From Zancudomyces culisetae HAW-14-8 (taxonomy: Eukaryota > Fungi > Kickxellomycota), in NCBI GenBank assembly GCA_052426225.1, contig JBNJNM010000019.1, positions 1 through 64,000 of the forward strand: 64,000 nucleotides of DNA, written 5' to 3'. A program made the position numbers and the translations under genes. The notes under the pieces were generated by a model. The model saw only the letters and a program-made list of their open reading frames with translations. It searched no databases and was not told where the DNA came from. Numbering within the stretch: the first letter of the stretch is position 1; every line of letters starts with the position of its first letter. This document shows, piece after piece, positions 1-12,142 of this stretch.

Positions 1-281
1 TGGAAATGCTACAAAATTGATGTGGAAAAAGCCGAGCCTGCAAAGTATTAAGTTCTCAAAACGCACTACATTTTGAAAATAAACCTAAAGATGGAAACCT
101 TCAATGGTTTGGGTGTCGAAATGCAGTAATTAGAGTTTTCCCCGTCTTTTTTTTTTGATTCACGTATTTACTTGTTATTTTTCTATGTTCTTGGATTTAA
201 ACGAAATCCCAAATAACAAAAAAATCGATCAATATACTTTTTAAGGGCATGTATTGTACAATTTAACTATCATAATATCTG

Positions 282-3200
282 ATGAGTGAAAAGGTAAGCC
301 CAAAGCCTCATTCAAAAACTCGCTACCTTTAACCGAAATATTATACTAGAACAATCTTTTCAAAAAAATAGAAAGATAGGCTGGAATTTAAGGAAATTGA
401 TCTGAAATCGAGCAGAGGGAGGAAAAGGGATGGAAAAATTAAAATTAAAAAGATAAAGGTGGATGGGGTCAAATGGAGGAAGGAAAATGAGACAATAGAA
501 ATAGCAAGCGGAGACGAGGGCAAAGATAACGAAGATATAGATATAGAAAATGAAGAGTTTAGCACAAGTGGTAAATTTAACGATATATTTTACACGAAAC
601 GAGATCTGTTAAAGGAATTTCAACTTTGGTAGATCTCAAAACATAAAAATAAGCGTTATGTAACATTCTTGGAACTATCTTATTCCTGGCATTATTAAAA
701 AGAGAATGGTTTTATTGTCCTGTTTTATTCAAAATTATTGCGATTCAAATAGAAATGGAGAAAATAGAGAGCAAGGGATTGACAAGAAAAAGGATGAGCC
801 AACATTTTAGAAATGAAAATGAGAACAAGCAATTTATTGTAAGATTTATATAAAACCTACTGCAGATGTTCGTAGTATGACACTTTACCAAATCGAGAAC
901 AAAAAACTAATCGGAAAAAGCGCGACCACGCAAAAAATAAATAGAAACAAAGCATGGACTTGATTTCTTCGGACGATTCAATCTTTCAAAAACAACTCGA
1001 CATTTTTGCAAGTCAAGAGGTATGATTAGCCTATTTTTTGGGCAGAAAAGAAGAACTTTTTACTATGTACTGGTGTCAAAATATGAGTATCAATAATACT
1101 ATAGAAACTACACGAACAAGAGTATAATACAGACCGAGATGTGGAGGGGGATGCGAGCTTCAAAAAAGGCATAAACGAAGCCAACAAAGAGGTGTGGTGG
1201 GTAGAGCTAAAGCCAAAATGCCGTGTAAATCTAGTGTTTTTTTGTTCAGGTATAAAGCAAAGCAAAAAATAATGAGTAAAATGGCAGAATAAATCAATTT
1301 TTGACTCTTGAAATAAACAGAGCGATCTAGCAGTTCACACAAAAAAGATAGCACAGGTATATGAATGGATCGATAGAGCTATAAACAATTGCGAGCGATA
1401 TCAAAGTAGGTTAAAACGTTAGCTTGGTAATACAATGTGTTCTAACTGAAAACAACTACACAATAGAATTATAGATTATTAGTGCTAACAGGACCATCAG
1501 GAAGCGGCAAAACAGCGACTGTGCGGGCAATATGTGAGGAGATGCAGATAGAAATAGTGGAATGGGCAAACCCAAGTCAAAATAAACTCGAAAAAGACGA
1601 GTACAGCGATGGAGTATATCCAAAAAGTTTGACGATTTCATCAAAAGGGCCAAGCAATATTCGCACCTAGCACTAACAACAGATATGTCAAGAGACGTAA
1701 AAAGCAACCCAAGACGATTAAAGCAGATAATATTGGTGGAAGATTTTCCAAATATAAAACATAGGCTGGTAGCTTCAGTTTCAAAGTTTTTGAGTACACC
1801 AGCCACACAGTCATACCCTATGATAGTAATATACAGCGACACCGTATCATGTAATGATTGGTATGATTCAGCACCAGCAGAAGTTGACAACAACTCCAGC
1901 GTTTATTCGATTTTAGGGTCGCAGATATTGAATAGTACGTATTGTCAGAGAATTGGATTTAATCCTGTAGCTAATACACTTTTAAAAAAGCTTGCAGTAC
2001 AGACATTAACACTGAAAACAACACAGCTAGCTTCAAACAATAATTCTTTAGAGGTAAAAGTGAAATTAGATAAAAGTGCAGAAACACAGCTTGGCGAAAT
2101 TGTTGAAACCAGTGACGGGGACATCCGGTGTTTGTTGTCCAAGCTACAGCTCTTGTATGAAAAAATGTCTATACACAAAAGCAATTATCCTCAAAGAGGG
2201 GTTAGGAAACGCGGCACACTAATCAATATTAAATCCTTTGACTACAATTCTACACTAAAGCAAAGCAGGAACTCTTCGTTGACTCTGTTTCATGCTTTGG
2301 GAAAAATTTTGTATTCCAAAGAATCTTGTAATCCCTATTATGTTCTCGACTGCTTACCCACTGACTTTGCTAACTTTACTGTCTACCTTTTTCAAAGTTT
2401 TCCCGAGTTTACAGACAGTATTGATGAATACTGTACAATAATTGATGACTTTAGCTGCTCTGACCTCTTAGACGCGTATAAAATCAATAGCACTGAGTTA
2501 AGGCCGTTTTTTCTGTATCTTGCTTGTCTGATTGTCACTCTGTCACTTACGACATCTAGATCCTCTATACACACTAAGTCTTCCATGTTCCAGTTTCAAA
2601 AACCAATGTTTTATTCTACTATGAAATCCCAGAACTTGGTTCATTCCGAATTGTCGCTTTTGTCCTCCAAGTGTAATTCCTCTTTATTTACTTTGTATTT
2701 ACTTATTCAAATACATCATGTATCGACATCACTCTCCCTTTTTTTGTAGTACCTCACACTGGGCATAAATAAGAAGAATGGGATTTTTCATGTATTAATA
2801 CTATTAGATCACCTCCAGCGCTCTTCTCTCCTAGACTATATTTCATATATTCCTAAAATATGCGGAACCAGACCCGGCTTTGCTTCTGCTTTCAATGGTA
2901 ACTACTTTTATTTATCTATAATCTGTATTTTTTCTTTATCTGGAAATAGTATTAGATGATTTCCACACCCAATACTATTATATGAGTATACTTTATATCA
3001 TCGTGACGCTTTTAAAAAAATTTGATTAAATTAAATCACCATTATACGCGTGATTAGGTGGTGACTTGGAAAAAATTCGTTGTCTTGCAGATTACAAGAA
3101 TTCGGTATTTGATACTTTGTACAACAGCTCCACTTTTAATTTGCAAAAGCCTGGGCTTGCTCCTATCTCCTCCGAAACTCCACAACTACCTAGGATTTCC

Positions 3201-3297
3201 TTCTTCCGAATTGTCTAACTCAATTTTTAGCAACCTTGCTGCTTTTCAAGAAAACGAATCTGAATTTTCTATTGATGAAATCGAATTTTCTGATTAA
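282..3297 (+). CDS. RAD17: Checkpoint clamp-loader subunit Rad17/Rad24 (multi-exon; 5' exons uncertain; apparent 1-nt frameshift near 1611)
   Basis: Spliced reading gives WWVELKPKCR|SDLAVHTKKIAQVYEWI...|RLLVLTGPSGSGKT (Walker A), IILVEDFP (Walker B), GDIR, LFHALGKILY and an acidic C-terminus IDEIEFSD. Confidence 0.85.
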
Positions 3298-3981
3298 TCC
3301 TACGCTACGCCACCCATGTAGTTTTTTTTTTGTGGCTGTTCATAGAGATTTGGTTACTTAGCCACATTTTCTGGAAAAAATAAATGCGGATTTATGCTAT
3401 TTTAGCTGGCATGATCTATTATTTATTTGCGAAAAATGTAATGAAAGTTCGGTTATGTTGTTTGATTTATAACTTTTAAATTTTATGCACATAAATATTA
3501 AGATTGAAATTTTATGATGCAAAGATTAATACCATCGCATTTAGAAGAGAAATGGGTGAGTGTAGGCTTTAAATTATTTTGATAAAGAATGTAGGAATTC
3601 ATAAAAAAATTCACGCTCAGAATTGCAACTATTAATACAAACACACGCTCCAATCTAGCCTGTTTTTATCAATTCACTCAAAGCTTTGTAATCATTTCCT
3701 ACATTTAAACATTTCTATACATTATATAATCATTAAACAAAAATCGGTGATCATTTGATATTTACTCAAGTAACAAGCTATTAATCACATTCATTTACTC
3801 ATTCATATATTCATACATCCACATTACATACATACATACATAAATCTATCGGAACCGGCATCTTGTGGTAGTAGCATCAAAATAAGAAACTAATTAAAAG
3901 TATACCAGATAACTTTCTCAAAAAATCTTTTCTTCTCGCCCTTGTAAAACCGTTTTGTTTCACTTGAAACATCTTGTCACA

Positions 3982-5072
3982 ATGGGTAATCCAAATACAA
4001 TAATTCCCGAAAACAACACCAATATAAAAGAAAACAGATGGAAAAGTTTTTATATTGGGTTTTTTCGAAGAATGGGTAAGTAATGTTATACGGTAATATT
4101 TTATTTTTTTAGTATCAGTTAATCTTTTTTAAAGAGGGTATAAAAGGATATTGACCCCAAAAAGTTTAAATAATAAATTTCACAGATCGATACCTAAAAA
4201 TGCAATCATTGTACAAAATGATCTCGATAATCAAACTCAAGTCATAGCTAGGGGGTTATACAATGGAAACTATTATCCGGGAATTTGTGTGCTCGGCACT
4301 CAAAAGCAAACACAAAGCAAAACAACCGACTTGATACCAGACACACGTGAAAGTAATGATATTTATAGCAGCGATGATAATAGTGAGGATAATACTGTTG
4401 TTCTCCAAACAAAAGCTAAGTATAATCAAATTGACAATGAACAAAAGGAAAACACGACAAAGGGATCCGAGACTTCAATGTACTGTACCAGCTTTTATAT
4501 AGTTTACAACGATTCACCGATATTCATGAATAGTTACTATGTGCTTTGCGGCGACAATGAGTGTGTACTGTGGAATAAGCCTGATGTAAAAAAATCGCTC
4601 TCTTATTACAATACTCACCATGGCTCATCCACTTCGCTAATTTCGATGATGTTAGGCCAAAATTCGGCGCTGGGTATCAATAGCAATGACAGCGGCGATG
4701 ATCCATATGGTTACAGTACTTTTAATTGCATTTATAGCGACGACACGTCTGTTCCGTTAAAGATCGGTTTTGATGATGTTGGAAATATGGTAAGACTTCA
4801 CTAGAATCTAGAGTATTTTTAACCATGTTTTTTAATATTATCAAGTATTAAAACATGTTTAAGGGGTCTGATTGGTATGTTACTAATATTTATATGCCTA
4901 TTACATTGTTTTGTAGCTCTACTTCGGCACAACAAACTACAAAAACAAAAATGTGTTTGGAACTGCTTCGAGGATTGGCAATAACTTTGAATTGTCGTTT
5001 TATAATTTTGAACAAAAAAAGCTAGTATGCACCGATAAAAATATCAAGCTACTGCATATCAAAAAGACATAA
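3982..5072 (+). CDS. Divergent DM9/DUF3421-repeat-like protein; exons 3982-4075, 4186-4789, 4917-5072
   Basis: Canonical GTAAG..AG introns give a continuous frame. SIPKNAIIV..QVIARGLYNGNYYPG and PLKIG..LYFG resemble DM9 repeats (family call by eye). Confidence 0.5.
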
Positions 5073-6112
5073 TAGCAAATAGCAACATCCTTGGTTGCAT
5101 TTTATATCAGTTTTGTCAAGCTTAGTTAACTCCACTTTGTGTAGCATTATTATTCTTTTTTTAAAATCTTTTTTTAATGGTTAATAGCAAACCCGAAGCT
5201 ATTTATAACTTGTGCTATTTGTTATAATATAAATTAATATTATGGTGATCGTGTTTAGCATGCTTTTATTATACTCAGCCATCATTAATTAATCAGTAAC
5301 CACATCTCGTGACTAAAACGCAACAGCAGATGCATATAGAATAGGTCAACGAATGTCGAGTGGCTGTGAGCAGGTTTTTTTATAGAATAAATGCAAAATA
5401 TGCCTAGAGCAGATCTCCCGAAACCAATTTCTCTCTACTCACATGTTCTTCCCTTCCTTTTCTACTCCTCTTTGTTCTTTCCTGTTTATCTTATTTAATC
5501 TATCTCTAGATGTTTCTGGTGTTTGATTTTATCTACTGAACGTGAAAATTAATAGATTTGTTTCAAAACAAAACTAAAAGATGTACAGTAGTTAGCTGCT
5601 GGAAGTAGTTAACCAAATAACATCATTATTTGAAAATGGAAATACCACTAGCAAATCTCTTCCCACCGATTCTATTAGATGGAGGGGGAGGGGGAGGGGG
5701 TTGTTTTTTTTCCAAAGATTTATTGCCATTAATGTAAAAACCCAACTATATTTCCGGGTTAGTAAATGGCGCAAAATCCACAATTATGTTGGACGTAGGC
5801 AGGTGATTTTTAACCAGTATACAAAAGCTGTAACAAGCTGTGTTATGTGAATTCGCGTTGTTTAAGAAAGAAATGATATTGATTTATTCAAAACCCCCCT
5901 TTAAAAATGTATTCATGACAATCTCTACTTGTAAAAACAGTTATAGGTGGAGTGGGATGGGTTATTAATTATAAAGCAACATCACTTTTCCTAGTTTCAA
6001 GAGTTCCTAAAATTAAATTATTTGAACTATTAGGTTCAGCTATTTTTTTAAATATAAAAGTATATTGCGAACTAATCCGCAATATAATTCAAGGCAGCAA
6101 AGCGTAAAAAAA

Positions 6113-7453
6113 ATGACAGACTGGCTCGGTTTAGCTTATCCAAAAAACGGAACTGATGAAGAAAAGGCTTATTATTTTGCAAAAATAAAAGAGTTTGAAG
6201 ATGAAACTAGGCTAATGTATGAAAAAGAGGGCCCAAAAGTATCAAATTGGACACTTCAAAAGCATATTACTGTCGACAGGCTAAAAAAAGTGGTCATGTT
6301 GACCAAAAGAACAAACACTGTGTTCTATACCGAGGAAAATTTTGATGCTGAAGAGCTGGGGAAAAACTTTAAAGTTATGAGAAACTTAACATCAAATGAG
6401 TTAAGAAAAAGCGATGAAGGAAAATATGCGAGTCACAATTGGGTAGTTGACATTGATGAAGTTTGTGACGTTAAAAAGATAGTGGATAGGATACCTATTT
6501 TTGCAGAGTTGGTGTCCAAGGATAAAAGTGAAAAGAATGGCGGACACGGACTCAGAACACACTTTGCAGAAGTCGTGGCATCCAAAAAAATCATAGAAAG
6601 CAATGGTGGCGAGGAAAAAGGATTATCATTAAACCCGCTGGACAAAGACGAAGTTGTTATCGTCCATTATCACGGGGGTGGATACTGCATGATCACACCC
6701 GGAGCGTATCGAACCACAGGGATAGAGCTCAGTAATCTGACTAATCATAGAGTTATTTTGCCATACTACAGACTCGCACCAGAAAACCCATTTCCAGCTC
6801 CAATATATGACGGATACATGTTTCTTAAGTATCTACACAGCCTTGGATATAAGCAAAAAAATATAATTTTATTTGGGGAGAGTGCCGGGGGAAATCTCGT
6901 TCTAGAACTGCTGCTTGTCTTGGAAAAGCTTGGCGAGCCACAACCCCGAGCATGTATTTCATTCTCTCCCTGGGTCAATCTTGACATCACTACTGACAGC
7001 TGGGATAGAAACAAGAAGTACGATTACTTGACGTCCATTCCACTGGATTTTGTGTTTAACACATCTCGCATGTATGCCGCTCCTGGAAAATCGCTTGAGG
7101 AGGCAAAAAGTGTGTTTAAAAATCCATTCGCCAGTCCAATACATGGAGATTATTCGTTTCCTGAATGTGCGCCTATCTACCTCATTAGTGGCGAGCTGGA
7201 GCTTTTGGTTGATGATATCGACAATTTCGCCTCAAAATATGGGGTTAAACCTACTGTTATCAGTGGCAGGAAACATCCTGGGTTTGATTTTTCCCTTATT
7301 ACCGACAATGATGCTGAGCATACCCATAGAAAAAAAATCATTTATGAAAAGTATGTGGGCATGATACACACCTTTTTTATTTTTGATGAGGCTGATGAGA
7401 AGCACGCGTTTATGGATGGAGTCAAAAATTTTCTTGATTCGTTACAAAAATAA
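6113..7453 (+). CDS. Alpha/beta hydrolase, hormone-sensitive-lipase (GDXG) family esterase
   Basis: HGGG oxyanion motif, YRLAPENPFPA, GESAGG nucleophile, GMIH catalytic His; first ATG at 6113. Confidence 0.9.
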   Translation: MTDWLGLAYPKNGTDEEKAYYFAKIKEFEDETRLMYEKEGPKVSNWTLQKHITVDRLKKVVMLTKRTNTVFYTEENFDAEELGKNFKVMRNLTSNELRKSDEGKYASHNWVVDIDEVCDVKKIVDRIPIFAELVSKDKSEKNGGHGLRTHFAEVVASKKIIESNGGEEKGLSLNPLDKDEVVIVHYHGGGYCMITPGAYRTTGIELSNLTNHRVILPYYRLAPENPFPAPIYDGYMFLKYLHSLGYKQKNIILFGESAGGNLVLELLLVLEKLGEPQPRACISFSPWVNLDITTDSWDRNKKYDYLTSIPLDFVFNTSRMYAAPGKSLEEAKSVFKNPFASPIHGDYSFPECAPIYLISGELELLVDDIDNFASKYGVKPTVISGRKHPGFDFSLITDNDAEHTHRKKIIYEKYVGMIHTFFIFDEADEKHAFMDGVKNFLDSLQK

Positions 7454-8308
7454 ATGACTTCAATTCTTTTTTCTAGCATCACCCTATTTCAAATACAATC
7501 TGTTTGTCCTTATATGACCTTCAAAAAATATATGGATTTATTCAATACAGGAAGATAGGTGTTGCACTTTGAAAATGATATTTCCTGTCAGCCATTTGAT
7601 TTGGGGTTTGTGAACAGACAAACGTTAGTGATAACTAATACAATATAGTAGCATGCAGGATGTGGAATCTTTCAACCAACCATGTGTACTTGTAGATATA
7701 TATAATTATAAAGAAGGCATTTATGTGATGGGGTTTCAATATATCCTCTTCCCCAAAGAGGTTATAATCAACCTGAAATAGTTTGAACATCCATACTGGC
7801 AAATTGACTCTCAAAAATACACAAATTAGTACTTTTGAGAAAAAGATTTAATTTTTCTGCAGCGTTGTTACAGCTATGGGCCGCGCGCACTAATCAAAAA
7901 GTTATTACCATTTTTCCAAGCAGGCTTTATTAATCCGAGTAGCGTAAATAGTAATGGTGTAAATAATAAACGAAGAAAAAACTATGTACCAAAATCTAAA
8001 CGACATAATACATAATCAAACCAGATTTTAATATATGTGTTTCGCCAGCTAAAACGAAATATTGAATGTTGATTCCAAAGACATTAACATTATGATGTCT
8101 ACTAAAAATTAGAAAAATACAGAGGCTTCCAAGTTTCCGTTGTCAGAAAATAATAGACCTAACATGATGTTACGATGTGAGAAATCGAACAAATTTTTTT
8201 GAAAAGAAAAACATCCCAATAGCTAAGAACTAAAAACTAGTCTTTAATCCCATAAAAAATTAAAAAATGTTTGAATAACTAATACATATATACAAACTTT
8301 TTAAAAAA

Positions 8309-8546
8309 GTCGTAAAGTAAACTATACGAAAGAGTTGTCCCAATTTTATTGGTTAGATAAATAGATGTATGTTATATAATTAGCTAAATATGTTTATTGT
8401 GAATTAATTAATAGATCGTTCTTTTCCTCAGATAGATAATAGTATAATAATTATATATTATTAAAAATTGACCCGTCCAGTGTAGTAGTTGGTAGCAAAA
8501 GGTACCAAGTGGAAACTTAAATATTCTTACAAGTTTGCAAAAAGTG
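8309..8546 (+). promoter_or_regulatory. Conserved ~240-bp tRNA upstream element, copy 1
   Basis: Collinear with the reverse complement of 34000-34238; shared blocks include GTAAACTATAC, AAGAGTTGTC, CAATTTTATTG, GAATTAATTAATA and TGACCCGTCCA. Function is inferred, not shown. Confidence 0.6.
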
Positions 8547-8618
8547 GCCCGGTTAGCTCAATGGTAGAGCGTGAGGCTTTTAACCTCAAGGCTGTGGGTT
8601 CGAGCCCCACATCGGGCG
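8547..8618 (+). tRNA. tRNA-Lys(TTT)
   Basis: Cloverleaf: acceptor GCCCGGT/ATCGGGC, anticodon arm GAGG-CT TTT AA-CCTC, T-loop GGTTCGAGCC; T-run terminator follows. Confidence 0.97.
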
Positions 8619-9327
8619 TTTCATTTTTGATTTTTATGTATTTTATTCTTTTATATATTCTCAGTTTACGTTTCATATTTCTGATTATGTAAGGAAAAAA
8701 GTCCAGTCTCAGGTGCAAAAACAAAAAGCTAAGGGAATTATTTAGCAAGTTCGTACATATCTGTGGCCAGAATTTTTATATTCGAGATTGAAACATTCTC
8801 TATGTTGACTATTTGAAAAGTAGGAATGTGTGAATCTAAGCCACAATTTATGTATTGGAGTGTTCCTTTTAGTGTGTCTCGTGCTACGGTGTGTGTTTAG
8901 GTAAATTGATAAAAATATATTCTCGTGGATGTAATTTACTTTTTTTGCACAGTATTTACTAAAGTAGCCAAGAGGTCATTAAATTTGTTCCTTTACCTGG
9001 GATCTTTGTATTCTTCAATATTGTTTAATGCGCCTTATGTTTTACTAGGTTGGTCGCATAATTACTAAAATTCAGTAGAGGCACCACCAAGTAATTTATT
9101 GTTTAGTATGACCAAAAATAACATCGGACTCTCAAAACAGTGGCGTTTAAAGCGTTGAGAAATTCTTTGAATTACTTAAAAATGCAACCAATATTTTTTG
9201 ACCACTAAAAGCAATTGAGAATAAACTTTAGTATATTGAATCTTGTAAATTGTAAATTGTGTATTGTATTTATAAATTCACCTTTGAGTTACAATTCGAT
9301 GTTAAATCTTAGTATAATATACAGAAA

Positions 9328-11443
9328 ATGATTTCTATAATATTGGTCTGCGCCGTCTGCTGCCTCATAACGACTATATACCTACTTGGTAGATACGGAG
9401 ATTTTAGCAGGTTCAATTTTCTAGTATGGTTTTTAGTAGAACTCGGTTGGTTTTTGCCTTCTACGGTGATATTTTTGCTTCCTTTCGATATAAGTTCGGT
9501 AAGTATATGGAAAAAGGAAAATAATCGCTGTACATGTGAACATTTGAAATTTAGCTATAAACTCAACAACATACACAAATCGCGAATAGAGTATATACAG
9601 GAATTGCGATGGTAACTGTGAGAAACCATGGGGCTATCTGAAACTAGATCATTTCCGTCAAATTTGGAGAATCGTTTATTGGATGATATTTGTATTAACA
9701 TGGTATGTGTACTTTTTTTTGTATAGCTTTGTTCCCTCTTGAACTCTTCATCTTTGTGCATTCTTGATAATTTCTCTATAGTGTTTAATTATTCTAATTT
9801 GGTGGAGAAACTTAATAGTAATTATTTATCTAACGCACTAGAGCATTAATATTAATGATATATATATATATTCACATATATACAGGCTAGTTCTTCCACT
9901 ATTAAAAGAATATGTAGACTCTGGACACCTTGCATACGTGGATAAAATTAAAGATTCTTTCAAGATTAACATAAAGTATTACTCATATCTGTTGGTGATT
10001 ATTATACTACTTGTAGTTTTTTTAATAATCGAGGGTCTACTAGAATGGTAAGTGTGTTATTTTTATCTTTATTTTCTGTTAGATTTAAATTTCATCCATG
10101 TTTTTTATTATCTTTTTTTTGTCAGAAAAAGCAAAAGAATTGCACACATTTTGAACTTGGATACTGAATAATCTATTCTTAATAGGAAAAATTTAACCGC
10201 TGTTTCCATGGCAGTGGCAAATTTGTGGGGAATGTTCATGATTGTAGGTTTTATGGGTGTTGGGCTGGTAAACATCCCTCGAAAGATCTGGATGAGATCA
10301 AATATTGAACTAGAAATATTAGAAGTAGAGGCTCGTGCGTCTGAGTTAAAGGATAGATATCATGATACTGAAGCAAAAATATCCGAGTATATACAGGAAT
10401 TTGAAAGGTTTAGCTTGAGAGCCCATCCAACTGATCCTGAGTACCCATACTGCGTAATAATTAAACAAGAAAACCATGAGACTATAAACAAATATGGTAG
10501 ATGTGCCAGTATGGGAAGAAACGAATGGGTAGAATCAAGTGGTCAAAACTATCATTCACATCCTCAGAGTAGAGACGACAAGGCAATTTCGAAAAATCTT
10601 ACAAAACTAGCTAAAATAAGAAGCAAACTCGTTTATAGAAAGCTAAAACTAAAGTATCTGACACGTGCTATCAAAGAAAATACTAATGCAGCTCTTCTCC
10701 TACAGGATATCAGAGAATCCAAACAAAACAACTTGCGCTATGTTCAAAGCTCAGTCCCCTTTATTGCCAGATGGCCAATGTGGCGAAGAAAAGCAACATT
10801 CTTCTGGTATCTTTATATAAGAACATATCTATATAAAATTGCATCTGTTTTTCTGGGCTTACTCGGTGTCCTGATACTACAATCGGAATTTATATTTACC
10901 ATAAGTCCTGATTTCACATTTATAAGTCTGCTGTTTAATAACGTCTTTACCACTGACTACTTTGTTATTGAATTGCTGTCTGTTGGACTAGTACTTTATA
11001 TGTGTATTAGTATCTATTTGTCTGTCACAAATTTAAAGCTATTTGGCATAAAAAGTCTTCGACACGCTCACAGCACTACGACAGGAGCACTAGTCATCTG
11101 TGGAAGTCAACTTTGCAGACTCCTGATACCACTGTGCTATAACTTTCTCGCTATTTCAAACATCAATGAAGGGACAGGGTTTTTAGCTATTATGGGAAAA
11201 ATCAACGCTGTTCCCATCCTTGGTATTGCAATCAATCAGTACATTCCGTTTATAGTTCTTTTGCCTGCCATTCTTACTTATACTAGAGCTTATGGAAGGA
11301 TTGCCTCGTTGTTTAAGCCGGATGTTGACAGAAGACCTGACCTATCATTACTATCTCAGCCTTCTGAAAGCGTATACGAGGGAAGAATCTTAATTTCGCG
11401 ACAAAGGGCCGCTTTGGAAAGAGGTCAAGAACCCATCGTATAG
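9328..11443 (+). CDS. LMBR1-domain multi-pass membrane protein (LMBRD2-like), about 4 exons
   Basis: LLPFDISS, WRIVYW, ANLWG..MG.GLVNIPR, QLCRL.IPLCYNF motifs joined by GT-AG introns. Confidence 0.85.
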
Positions 11444-12142
11444 GTATTGTGGCATTGGCATAGATCTTTTTTTTCCGTTGGTTTTATGAATCACTTGATA
11501 TAACTGCTTTGCATACAGCTGCTTTGTTTTTTCGCTTCTTTTTATACCTTTAATGTTATACTTGATATTTTAGAATGCTGAACTGTTTAAATAGTACTTC
11601 TTAATCGCAATTACTTTTTGCCTATAATAGCTAACTAGAATCTATTACACGAATATATGAAAAAAGTCTATTTAATGTTTAAAATGTGATTCGAGATTAC
11701 AAGAGTATGAACATGGTTGGTCGTTCTGCTTTTAAAGGTGGGAGTGATCAAGTAAATGAAGGATTTTATAAACGCGTGTATAGTTTATTAACCTCCAATA
11801 AACAGTTACTTTTGTCGACCTTTCCATTTGTAGAGTGGGAGACTACAATTAGTGATACCGATTAGTATCAATAGTGTATTGTATTTAAACGTATCCATAA
11901 AACTCTAGCAATGACAATTCGCCCATCACACTCTAGCCAGCTTGGAATCTTTTCCAACGGCGAGCTTAACGGCTTTTGGACTAGCGTATCACTTTCTGCA
12001 TATGTTAAAATCAACAAACCCGCACTTTAACCAACACCATGCAACATGATTGTACTACATAGCTGAGTAGTAATGTTTTACTACCGCAACTTTTTATTAT
12101 AAAAAAAAAACAATAAATATATAAAAGAGGTCAAATCAAGTA

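Noticed and set aside
5680-5700. G-rich tracts (also 23910-23936 and ~48445)
   Set aside because: Simple low-complexity runs; G-quadruplex function cannot be supported.
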